DNA of 64,000 nt from positions 12,834,001 to 12,898,000 of the forward strand of contig OZ176052.1 in the NCBI GenBank assembly GCA_964247055.1, read 5' to 3'. The DNA is from Paragordius varius (Eukaryota > Animalia > Nematomorpha). The translations under genes and the position numbers were made by a program. The notes beneath the pieces were generated by a model. The model saw nothing but the letters and a program-made list of their open reading frames with translations. It made no database searches and had not been told where the DNA came from. This document shows, piece after piece, positions 1 through 13,700 of this stretch; position 1 is the stretch's first letter; each line of letters begins with the position of its first letter.

Positions 1-365
1 TTATTTTATTTTAATTTATTTTTATTTTATTTTATTTTATTTTATTTTATTTTATTTTATTTTAATTTATTTTTATTTTATTTAATTTTATTTTATTTTA
101 ATTTATTTTTATTTTATTTTATTTTATTTTATTTTATTTTATTTTATTTTATTTTATTTAATTTTATTTTATGTTATGTTATGTTATTTTATTTTATTTT
201 ATTTTATTTTATTTTATTTTATATAAAAATAGTTATATTTTATTTTATTTAATTTTATTTTATTTTATTTTATTTTATTTTATTTTAATTTATTTTTATT
301 TTATTTTATTTTATTTTATTTTATTTTATTTTATTTTATTTTATTTTATTTTATTTTATTTTATT

Positions 366-385
366 CTATATAAAAATAGTTATAT
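366..385 (+). repeat. Representative copy of the recurrent landmark CTATATAAAAATAGTTATAT (variants TTATATAAAAATAGTTATAT, CTATATAAATATAGTTATAT, CTAAATAAATATAGTTATAT, truncated ...AAAAATAGTTTT)
   Basis: 23 copies counted by eye in 1-5070 (e.g. 221, 366, 646, 750, 1095, 1353, 1486, 2053). It continues through both TTTTA blocks, always in the same orientation. Confidence 0.92.
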
Positions 386-631
386 TTTATTTTATTTTAT
401 TTTATTTTATTTTATTTTATTTTAATTTATTTTTATTTTATTTTATTTTATTTTATTTTATTTTATTTTAATTTATTTTTATTTTATTTTATTTTATTTT
501 ATTTTATTTTATTTTATTTTATTTTATTTTATTTTATTTTATTTTATTTTATTTTATTTTATTTTATTTTATTTTATTTTTATTTAATTTAATTTAATTT
601 AATTTTATTTTATTTTATTTTATTTTAATTT

Positions 632-3600
632 GATTTTATTTTATTCTATATAAAAATAGTTATATTTTATTTTATTTTATTTTATTTTAATTTATTTTTA
701 TTTTATTTTATTTTATTTTATTTTAATTTATTTTATTTTATTTTATTTTATATAAAAATAGTTATATTTTATATTATTTAATTTTCTTTAATTTTATTTT
801 ATTTTATTTTAATTTATTTTTATTTTATTTTATTTTATTTTAATTTAATTTATTTTTATTTTATTTTATTTTATTTTATTTTATTTTATTTTATTTTATT
901 TTATTTTAATTTATTTTATTTTATTTTATTTTATTTTATTTTATTTTATTTTATTATTTTTTAATTTATTTTTATTTTATTTTATTTTATTTTATTTTAT
1001 TTTATTTTATTTTTATTTTATTTTATTTTATTTTATTTTATTTTATTTTATTTTATTTTATTTTATTTTATTTTATTTTATTTTATTTTATTTTATATAA
1101 AAATAGTTATATTTTATATTATTTAATTTTATTTAATTTTATTTTATTTTATTTTAATTTATTTTTATTTTATATTATTTTATTTTATTTTAATTTATTT
1201 TATTTTATTTTATTTTATTTTATTTTATTTTATTTTAATTTAATTTATTTTTATTTTATTTTATTTTATTTTAATTTGATTTATTTTTATTTTATTTTAT
1301 TTTAATTTATTTTATTTTAATTTATTTTATTTTTATTTTATTATATTTTATTCTATATAAAAATAGTTATATTTTATTTTATTTTATTTTATTTTATTTT
1401 ATTTTATTTTATTTTATTTTTATTTAATTTAATTTAATTTAATTTTATTTTATTTTATTTTATTTTAATTTGATTTTATTTTATTCTATATAAAAATAGT
1501 TATATTTTATTTTATTTTATTTTATTTTAATTTATTTTTATTTTATTTTATTTTATTTTAATTTATTTTATTTTATTTTATTTTATTTTTATTTTATTTT
1601 ATTTTATTTTATTTTATTTTATTTTATTTTATTTTATTATTTTATTTTATTTTATTTTATTTTATTTTATTTTATTTTAATTTAATTTATTTTTATTTTA
1701 TTTTATTTTATTTTATTTTATTTTTATTTTATTTTATTTTATTTTATTTTATTTTATTTTATTTTATTTTATTTTATTTTATTTTATTTTATTTTATTTT
1801 ATTTTATTTTATTTTATTTTATTTTAATTTATTTTTATTTTATTTTATTTTATTTTATTTTATTTTAATTTATTTTTATTTTATTTTATTTTATTTTATT
1901 TTATTTTATTTTATTTTATTTTATTTTATTTTATTTTATTTTATTTTATTTTATTTTATTTTATTTTATTTTATTTTATTTTTATTTAATTTAATTTAAT
2001 TTAATTTAATTTTATTTTATTTTATTTTATTTTAATTTGATTTTATTTTATTCTATATAAAAATAGTTATATTTTATTTTATTTTATTTTATTTTAATTT
2101 ATTTTTATTTTATTTTATTTTATTTTATTTTAATTTATTTTATTTTATTTTATTTTATATAAAAATAGTTATATTTTATATTATTTAATTTTCTTTAATT
2201 TTATTTTATTTTATTTTAATTTATTTTTATTTTATTTTATTTTATTTTAATTTAATTTATTTTTATTTTATTTTATTTTATTTTATTTTATTTTATTTTA
2301 TTTTATTTTATTTTAATTTATTTTATTTTATTTTATTTTATTTTATTTTATTTTATTTTATTTTATTATTTTTTAATTTATTTTTATTTTATTTTATTTT
2401 ATTTTATTTTATTTTATTTTTATTTTATTTTATTTTATTTTATTTTATTTTATTTTATTTTATTTTATTTTATTTTATTTTATTTTATTTTATTTTATTT
2501 TATTTTATTTTATTTTATTTTATTTTATTTTATTTTATTTTATATAAAAATAGTTATATTTTATATTATTTAATTTTATTTAATTTTATTTTATTTTATT
2601 TTAATTTATTTTTATTTTATATTATTTTATTTTATTTTAATTTATTTTATTTTATTTTATTTTATTTTATTTTATTTTATTTTAATTTAATTTATTTTTA
2701 TTTTATTTTATTTTATTTTAATTTGATTTATTTTTATTTTATTTTATTTTAATTTATTTTATTTTAATTTATTTTATTTTTATTTTATTATATTTTATTC
2801 TATATAAAAATAGTTATATTTTATTTTATTTTATTTTATTTTATTTTATTTTATTTTATTTTTATTTAATTTAATTTAATTTAATTTTATTTTATTTTAT
2901 TTTATTTTAATTTGATTTTATTTTATTCTATATAAAAATAGTTATATTTTATTTTATTTTATTTTATTTTAATTTATTTTTATTTTATTTTATTTTATTT
3001 TAATTTATTTTATTTTATTTTATTTTATTTTTATTTTATTTTATTTTATTTTATTTTATTTTATTTTATTTTATTTTATTTTATTTTATTTTATTTTATT
3101 TTATTTTATTCTATATAAAAATAGTTTTATTTTATTTTAATTTATTTTATTTTAATTTATTTTATTTTTAATTTATTTTATTTTATTTTATTTTATTCTA
3201 TATAAATATAGTTATATTTTATTTTATTTAATTTTATTTTATTTTATTTTAATTTATTTTTATTTTATTTTATTTTATTTTATTTTATTTTATTTTATTT
3301 TAATTTATTTTTATTTTATTTAATTTTATTTTATTTTAATTTATTTTTATTTTATTTTATTTTATTTTATTTTATTTTATTTTATTTTATTTAATTTTAT
3401 TTTATGTTATGTTATGTTATTTTATTTTATTTTATTTTATTTTATTTTATTTTATATAAAAATAGTTATATTTTATTTTATTTAATTTTATTTTATTTTA
3501 TTTTATTTTATTTTATTTTAATTTATTTTTATTTTATTTTATTTTATTTTATTTTATTTTATTTTATTTTATTTTATTTTATTTTATTTTATTTTATTTT

Positions 3601-4715
3601 ATTCTATATAAAAATAGTTATATTTTATTTTATTTTATTTTATTTTATTTTATTTTATTTTAATTTATTTTTATTTTATTTTATTTTATTTTATTTTATT
3701 TTATTTTATTTTAATTTATTTTTATTTTATTTTATTTTATTTTATTTTATTTTATTTTATTTTATTTTATTTTATTTTATTTTATTTTATTTTATTTTTA
3801 TTTAATTTAATTTAATTTAATTTAATTTTATTTTATTTTATTTTATTTTAATTTGATTTTATTTTATTCTATATAAAAATAGTTATATTTTATTTTATTT
3901 TATTTTATTTTAATTTATTTTTATTTTATTTTATTTTATTTTATTTTAATTTATTTTATTTTATTTTATTTTATATAAAAATAGTTATATTTTATATTAT
4001 TTAATTTTCTTTAATTTTATTTTATTTTATTTTAATTTATTTTTATTTTATTTTATTTTATTTTAATTTAATTTATTTTTATTTTATTTTATTTTATTTT
4101 ATTTTATTTTATTTTATTTTATTTTATTTTATTTTAATTTATTTTATTTTATTTTATTTTATTTTATTTTATTTTATTTTATTTTATTATTTTTTAATTT
4201 ATTTTTATTTTATTTTATTTTATTTTATTTTATTTTATTTTTATTTTATTTTATTTAATTTTATTTTATTTTATTTTATTTTATTTTATTTTATTTTATT
4301 TTATTTTATTTTATTTTATTTTATTTTATATAAAAATAGTTATATTTTATATTATTTAATTTTATTTAATTTTATTTTATTTTATTTTAATTTATTTTTA
4401 TTTTATATTATTTTATTTTATTTTAATTTATTTTATTTTATTTTATTTTATTTTATTTTATTTTATTTTATTTTATTTTATTTTAATTTAATTTATTTTT
4501 ATTTTATTTTATTTTATTTTAATTTGATTTATTTTTATTTTATTTTATTTTAATTTATTTTATTTTAATTTATTTTATTTTTATTTTATTTTATTTTATT
4601 CTATATAAAAATAGTTATATTTTATTTTATTTTATTTTATTTTATTTTATTTTATTTTATTTTTATTTAATTTAATTTAATTTAATTTTATTTTATTTTA
4701 TTTTATTTTAATTTG
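632..4715 (+). repeat. Three copies of a ~0.85-kb higher-order subunit inside the TTTTA array
   Basis: The rare TTTGA G-landmarks form the same triplet with matching flanking context at 632/1278/1472, 2039/2725/2914 and 3855/4526/4715. Confidence 0.8.
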
Positions 4716-7700
4716 ATTTTATTTTATTCTATATAAAAATAGTTATATTTTATTTTATTTTATTTTATTTTAATTTATTTTTATTTTATTTTATTTTATT
4801 TTAATTTATTTTATTTTATTTTATTTTATTTTATTTTATTTTATTTTTATTTTATTTTATTTTATTTTATTTTATTTTATTTTATTTTATTTTATTTTAT
4901 TTTATTTTATTTTATTTTATTTTATTTTATTTTATTTTATTTTATTTTATTTTATTTTATTCTATATAAAAATAGTTTTATTTTATTTTAATTTATTTTA
5001 TTTTAATTTATTTTATTTTTAATTTATTTTATTTTATTTTATTTTATTCTATATAAATATAGTTATATTTTATTTTATTTAATTTTATTTTATTTTATTT
5101 TAATTTATTTTTATTTTATTTTATTTTATTTTATTTTATTTTATTTTATTTTATTTTATTTTAATTTATTTTTATTTTATTTAATTTTATTTTATTTTAT
5201 TTTAATTTATTTTTATTTTATTTTATTTTATTTTATTTTATTTTATTTTATTTTATTTTATTTTATTTAATTTTATTTTATGTTATTTTATTTTATTTTA
5301 TTTTATTTTATTTTATTTTATTTTATTTTATATAAAAATAGTTATATTTTATTTTATTTAATTTTATTTTATTTTATTTTATTTTATTTTATTTTAATTT
5401 ATTTTTATTTTATTTTATTTTATTTTATTTTATTTTATTTTATTTTATTTTATTTTATTTTATTTTATTTTATTTTATTTTATTTTATTTTATTTTATTA
5501 TTTTATTTTATTTTATTTTATTTTATTTTATTTTATATAAAAATAGTTATATTTTATATTATTTAATTTTCTTTAATTTTATTTTATTTTATTTTAATTT
5601 ATTTTTATTTTATTTTATTTTATTTTAATTTAATTTATTTTTATTTTATTTTATTTTATTTTATTTTATTTTATTTTATTTTAATTTATTTTATTTTATT
5701 TTATTTTATTTTTATTTTATTTTATTTTATTTTATTTTATTTTATTTTATTTTATTTTATTTTATTTTATTTTATTTTATTCTATATAAAAATATTTTTA
5801 TTTTATTTTATTTTATTTTAATTTATTTTATTTTTAATTTATTTTTAATTATTTTATTTTATTTTATTTTATTTAATTCTATATAAATATAGTTATATTT
5901 TATTTTATTTAATTTTATTTTATTTTATTTTATTTTATTTTATTTTATTTTATTTTATTTTATTTTATTTTATTTTATTTTATTTTATTTTATTTTATTT
6001 TATTTTATTTTATTTTATTTTATTTTATTTTATTTTATTTAATTTTATTTTATTTTATTTTATTTTATTTTATTTTATTTTATTTTATTTTATTTTATAT
6101 AAAAATAGTTATATTTTATATTATTTAATTTTCTTTAATTTTATTTTATTTTATTTTAATTTATTTTTATTTTATTTTATTTTATTTTAATTTAATTTAT
6201 TTTTATTTTATTTTATTTTATTTTATTTTATTTTATTTTATTTTATTTTATTTTATTTTATTTTATTTTAATTTAATTTATTTTATTTTATTTTTATTTT
6301 ATTTTATTTTATTTTATTTTATTTTATTTTATTTTATTTTATTTTATTTTATTCTATATAAAAATATTTTTATTTTATTTTATTTTATTTTAATTTATTT
6401 TATTTTTAATTTATTTTTAATTATTTTATTTTATTTTATTTTATTTAATTCTATATAAATATAGTTATATTTTATTTTATTTAATTTTATTTTATTTTAT
6501 TTTAATTTATTTTATTTTATTTTTATTTTATTTTATTTTATTTTATTTTATTTTAATTTATTTTTATTTTATTTTATTTTATTATATTTTATTTAAATTT
6601 ATTTTTATTTTATTTTATTTTATTTTATTTTATTTTAATTTATTTTATTTTATTTTATTTTATTTTATTTTATTTTATTTTATTTTATTATTTTTTAATT
6701 TATTTTTATTTTATTTTATTTTATTTTATTTTATTTTATTTTTATTTTATTTTATTTTATTTTATTTTATTTTATTTTATTTTATTTTATTTTATTTTAT
6801 TTTATTTTATTTTATTTTATTTTATATAAAAATAGTTATATTTTATATTATTTAATTTTATTTAATTTTATTTTATTTTATTTTAATTTATTTTTATTTT
6901 ATATTATTTTATTTTATTTTAATTTATTTTATTTTATTTTATTTTATTTTATTTTATTTTATTTTATTTTATTTTATTTTATTTTATTTTAATTTAATTT
7001 ATTTTTATTTTATTTTATTTTATTTTAATTTGATTTATTTTTATTTTATTTTATTTTAATTTATTTTATTTTAATTTATTTTATTTTTATTTTATTTTAT
7101 TTTATTCTATATAAAAATAGTTATATTTTATTTTATTTTATTTTATTTTATTTTATTTTATTTTATTTTAATTTATTTTTATTTTATTTTATTTTATTTT
7201 ATTTTAATTTATTTTTATTTTATTTTATTTTATTTTATTTTAATTTATTTTATTTTATTTTATTTTATTTTTATTTAATTTAATTTAATTTAATTTAATT
7301 TTATTTTATTTTATTTTATTTTAATTTGATTTTATTTTATTCTATATAAAAATAGTTATATTTTATTTTATTTTATTTTATTTTAATTTATTTTTATTTT
7401 ATTTTATTTTATTTTAATTTATTTTATTTTATTTTATTTTATTTTATTTTTATTTTATTTTATTTTATTTTATTTTATTTTATTTTATTTTATTTTATTT
7501 TATTTTATTTTATTTTATTTTATTTTATTTTATTTTATTTTATTTTATTTTATTTTATTTTATTTTATTTTATTTTATTTTATTTTATTTTATTTTATTT
7601 TATTTTATTTTATTTTATTCTATATAAAAATAGTTTTATTTTATTTTAATTTATTTTATTTTAATTTATTTTATTTTTAATTTATTTTATTTTATTTTAT

Positions 7701-10700
7701 TCTATATAAATATAGTTATATTTTATTTTATTTAATTTTATTTTATTTTATTTTATTTTAATTTATTTTTATTTTATTTTATTTTATTTTATTTTATTTT
7801 ATTTTAATTTATTTTTATTTTATTTAATTTTATTTTATTTTAATTTATTTTTATTTTATTTTATTTTATTTTATTTTATTTTATTTTATTTTATTTTATT
7901 TTATTTTATTTTATTTAATTTTATTTTATGTTATGTTATTTTATTTTATTTTATTTTATTTTATTTTATTTTATATAAAAATAGTTATATTTTATTTTAT
8001 TTAATTTTATTTTATTTTATTTTATTTTATTTTATTTTATTTTAATTTATTTTTATTTTATTTTATTTTATTTTATTTTATTTTATTTTATTTTATTTTA
8101 TTTTATTTTATTTTATTTTATTTTATTTTATTTTATTTTATTTTATTTTATTTTATTTTATTTTATTTTATTCTATATAAAAATAGTTATATTTTATTTT
8201 ATTTTATTTTATTTTATTTTATTTTAATTTATTTTTATTTTATTTTATTTTATTTTATTTTATTTTATTTTAATTTATTTTTATTTTATTTTATTTTATT
8301 TTATTTTATTTTATTTTATTTTATTTTATTTTATTTTATTTTATTTTATTTTATTTTATTTTATTTTATTTTATTTTATTTTATTTTATTTTATTTTTAT
8401 TTAATTTAATTTAATTTAATTTAATTTTATTTTATTTTATTTTATTTTAATTTGATTTTATTTTATTCTATATAAAAATAGTTATATTTTATTTTATTTT
8501 ATTTTATTTTAATTTATTTTTATTTTATTTTATTTTATTTTATTTTAATTTATTTTATTTTATTTTATTTTATTTTTATTTTATTTTATTTTATTTTATT
8601 TTATTTTATTTTATTTTATTTTATTTTATTTTATTTTATTTTATTTTATTTTATTTTATTTTATTTTATTTTATTTTATTTTATTTTATTTTATTTTATT
8701 TTATTTTATTTTATTTTATTTTATTTTATTTTATTTTATTCTATATAAAAATAGTTTTATTTTATTTTAATTTAATTTAATTTAATTTTATTTTATTTTA
8801 TTTTATTTTAATTTGATTTTATTTTATTCTATATAAAAATAGTTATATTTTATTTTATTTTATTTTATTTTAATTTATTTTTATTTTATTTTATTTTATT
8901 TTATTTTAATTTATTTTATTTTATTTTATTTTATTTTTATTTTATTTTATTTTATTTTATTTTATTTTATTTTATTTTATTTTATTTTATTTTATTTTAT
9001 TTTATTTTATTTTATTTTATTTTATTTTATTCTATATAAAAATAGTTTTATTTTATTTTAATTTATTTTATTTTAATTTATTTTATTTTTAATTTATTTT
9101 ATTTTATTTTATTTTATTCTATATAAATATAGTTATATTTTATTTTATTTAATTTTATTTTATTTTATTTTATTTTAATTTATTTTTATTTTATTTTATT
9201 TTATTTTATTTTATTTTAATTTATTTTTATTTTATTTAATTTTATTTTATTTTATTTTAATTTATTTTTATTTTATTTTATTTTATTTTATTTTATTTTA
9301 TTTTATTTTATTTTATTTAATTTTATTTTATGTTATGTTATTTTATTTTATTTTATTTTATTTTATTTTATTTTATATAAAAATAGTTATATTTTATTTT
9401 ATTTAATTTTATTTTATTTTATTTTATTTTATTTTATTTTATTTTATTTTAATTTATTTTTATTTTATTTTATTTTATTTTATTTTATTTTATTTTATTT
9501 TATTTTATTTTATTTTATTTTATTTTATTTTATTTTATTTTATTTTATTTTATTTTATTTTATTTTATTTTATTTTATTTTATTTTATATAAAAATAGTT
9601 ATATTTTATATTATTTAATTTTCTTTAATTTTATTTTATTTTATTTTAATTTATTTTTATTTTATTTTATTTTATTTTATTTTATTTTAATTTATTTTAT
9701 TTTATTTTATTTTATTTTATTTTATTTTATTTTATTTTATTTTATTTTATTTTATTATTTTTTAATTTATTTTTATTTTATTTTATTTTATTTTATTTTA
9801 TTTTTATTTTATTTAATTTTATTTTATTTTATTTTATTTTATTTTATTTTATTTTATTTTATTTTATTTTATTTTATTTTATTTTATTTTATTTTATTTT
9901 ATTTTATTTTATTTTATTTTATTTTATTTTATTTTATTTTATTTTATTTTATTTTATTTTATTTTATTTTATTTTATATAAAAATAGTTATATTTTATAT
10001 TATTTAATTTTATTTAATTTTATTTTATTTTATTTTAATTTATTTTTATTTTATATTATTTTATTTTATTTTAATTTATTTTATTTTATTTTATTTTATT
10101 TTATTTTATTTTATTTTATTTTATTTTATTTTATTTTATTTTATTTTATTTTATTTTAATTTAATTTATTTTTATTTTATTTTATTTTATTTTAATTTGA
10201 TTTATTTTTATTTTATTTTATTTTAATTTATTTTATTTTAATTTATTTTATTTTTATTTTATTTTATTTTATTCTATATAAAAATAGTTATATTTTATTT
10301 TATTTTATTTTATTTTATTTTAATTTATTTTTATTTTATTTTATTTTATTTTATTTTAATTTATTTTTATTTTATTTTATTTTATTTTATTTTATTTTAT
10401 TTTATTTTATTTTATTTTATTTTATTTTTATTTAATTTAATTTAATTTAATTTAATTTTATTTTATTTTATTTTATTTTATTTTAATTTGATTTTATTTT
10501 ATTCTATATAAAAATAGTTATATTTTATTTTATTTTATTTTATTTTAATTTATTTTTATTTTATTTTATTTTATTTTATTTTATTTTAATTTATTTTATT
10601 TTATTTTATTTTATTTTTATTTTATTTTATTTTATTTTATTTTATTTTATTTTATTTTATTTTATTTTATTTTATTCTATATAAAAATAGTTTTATTTTA

Positions 10701-13700
10701 TTTTAATTTATTTTATTTTAATTTATTTTATTTTTAATTTATTTTATTTTATTTTATTTTATTCTATATAAATATAGTTATATTTTATTTTATTTAATTT
10801 TATTTTATTCTATTTTATTTTAATTTATTTTTATTTTATTTTATTTTATTTTATTTTAATTTATTTTTATTTTATTTAATTTTATTTTATTTTATTTTAA
10901 TTTATTTTTATTTTATTTTATTTTATTTTATTTTATTTTATTTTATTTTATTTTATTTTATTTTATTTTATTTTATTTTATGTTATGTTATTTTATTTTA
11001 TTTTATTTTATTTTATTTTATTTTATTTTATATAAAAATAGTTATATTTTATTTTATTAAATTTTATTTCATTTTATTTTATTTTATTTTAATTTATTTT
11101 TATTTTATTTTATTTTATTTTATTTTATTTTATTTTATTTTATTTTATTTTATTTTATTTTATTTTATTTTATTTTATTTTATTTAATTTTATTTTATTT
11201 TATTTTATTTTATTTTATTTTATATAAAAATAGTTATATTTTATATTATTTAATTTTCTTTAATTTTATTTTATTTTATTTTAATTTATTTTTATTTTAT
11301 TTTATTTTATTTTATTTTATTTTAATTTAATTTATTTTTATTTTATTTTATTTTATTTTATTTTATTTTATTTTATTTTATTTTATTTTATTTTAATTTA
11401 TTTTATTTTATTTTATTTTATTTTATTTTATTTTTATTTTATTTTATTTTATTTTATTTTATTTTATTTTATTTTATTTTATTTTATTTTATTTTATTCT
11501 ATATAAAAATATTTTTATTTTATTTTATTTTATTTTAATTTATTTTATTTTTAATTTATTTTATTTTATTTTATTTTATTCTATATAAATATAGTTATAT
11601 TTTATTTAATTTTATTTTATTTTATTTAATTTTATTTTATTTTATTTTACTTTAATTTATTTTTATTTTATTTTATTTTATTTTATTTTATTCTATATAA
11701 ATATAGTTATATTTTATTTAATTTATTTTATTTTATTTTATTTTATTTTAATTTATTTTTATTTTATTTTATTTTATTTTATTTTTTTTTATTTTATTTT
11801 ATTTTAATTTATTTTATTTTATTTTATTTTATTTTATTTTATTTTATTTTATTTTATTTTATTTTATTTTATTTTATTTTATTTTATTTTATTTTATTTT
11901 ATTTTATTTTATTTTATTTTATTTTAATTTAATTTATTTTTATTTTATTTTATTTTATTTTATTTTATTTTATTTTATTTTAATTTGATTTATTTTTATT
12001 TTATTTTATTTTAATTTATTTTATTTTAATTTATTTTATTTTTATTTTATTTTATTTTATTCTATATAACAATAGTTATATTTTATTTTATTTTATTTTA
12101 TTTTATTTTATTTTATTTTAATTTATTTTTATTTTATTTTATTTTATTTTATTTTATTTTATTTTAATTTATTTTTATTTTATTTTATTTTATTTTATTT
12201 TATTTTATTTTATTTTATTTTTATTTAATTTAATTTAATTTAATTTAATTTAATTTAATTTTATTTTATTTTATTTTATTTTAATTTGATTTTATTTTAT
12301 TCTATATAAAAATAGTTATATTTTATTTTATTTTATTTTATTTTAATTTATTTTTATTTTATTTTATTTTATTTTATTTTAATTTATTTTATTTTATTTT
12401 ATTTTATTTTTATTTTATTTTATTTTATTTTATTTTATTTTATTTTATTTTATTTTATTCTATATAAAAATAGTTTTATTTTATTTTAATTTATTTTATT
12501 TTAATTTATTTTATTTTTAATTTATTTTATTTTATTTTATTTTATTCTATATAAATATAGTTATATTTTATTTTATTTAATTTTATTTTATTTTATTTTA
12601 TTTTAATTTATTTTTATTTTATTTTATTTTATTTTATTTTATTTTATTTTAATTTATTTTTATTTTATTTAATTTTATTTTATTTTATTTTAATTTATTT
12701 TTATTTTATTTTATTTTATTTTATTTTATTTTATTTTATTTTATTTTATTTAATTTTATGTTATGTTATGTTATTTTATTTTATTTTATTTTATTTTATT
12801 TTATTTTATATAAAAATAGTTATATTTTATTTTATTTAATTTTATTTCATTTTATTTTATTTTATTTTAATTTATTTTTATTTTATTTTATTTTATTTTA
12901 TTTTATTTTATTTTATTTTATTTTATTTTATTTTATTTTATTTTATTTTATTTTATTTTATTTTATTTTATTTTATTTTATTTTATTTTATTTTATTTTA
13001 TTTTATTTTATTTTATTTTATTTTATTTTATTTTATTTTATTTTATTTAATTTTATTTTATTTTATTTTATTTTATTTTATTTTATTTTATTTTATTTTA
13101 TTTTATATAAAAATAGTTATATTTTATATTATTTAATTTTCTTTAATTTTATTTTATTTTATTTTAATTTATTTTTATTTTATTTTATTTTATTTTATTT
13201 TATTTTAATTTAATTTATTTTTATTTTATTTTATTTTATTTTATTTTATTTTATTTTATTTTAATTTATTTTATTTTATTTTATTTTATTTTTATTTTAT
13301 TTTATTTTATTTTATTTTATTTTATTTTATTTTATTTTATTTTATTCTATATAAAAATATTTTTATTTTATTTTATTTTATTTTAATTTATTTTATTTTT
13401 AATTTATTTTTAATTATTTTATTTTATTTTATTTTATTTAATTCTATATAAATATAGTTATATTTTATTTTATTTAATTTTATTTTATTTTATTTTAATT
13501 TATTTTATTTTTATTTTATTTTATTTTATTTTATTTTATTTTATTTTATTTTAATTTAATTTATTTTTATTTTATTTTATTTTATTTTATTATATTTTAT
13601 TTAAATTTATTTTTATTTTATTTTATTTTATTTTATTTTATTTTATTTTAATTTATTTTATTTTATTTTATTTTATTTTATTTTATTTTATTTTATTTTA

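Noticed and set aside
221-5070. Nucleosome-length phasing of the landmark (mean ~220 bp)
   Set aside because: Individual spacings range from ~87 to ~567 bp with no evident quantisation.
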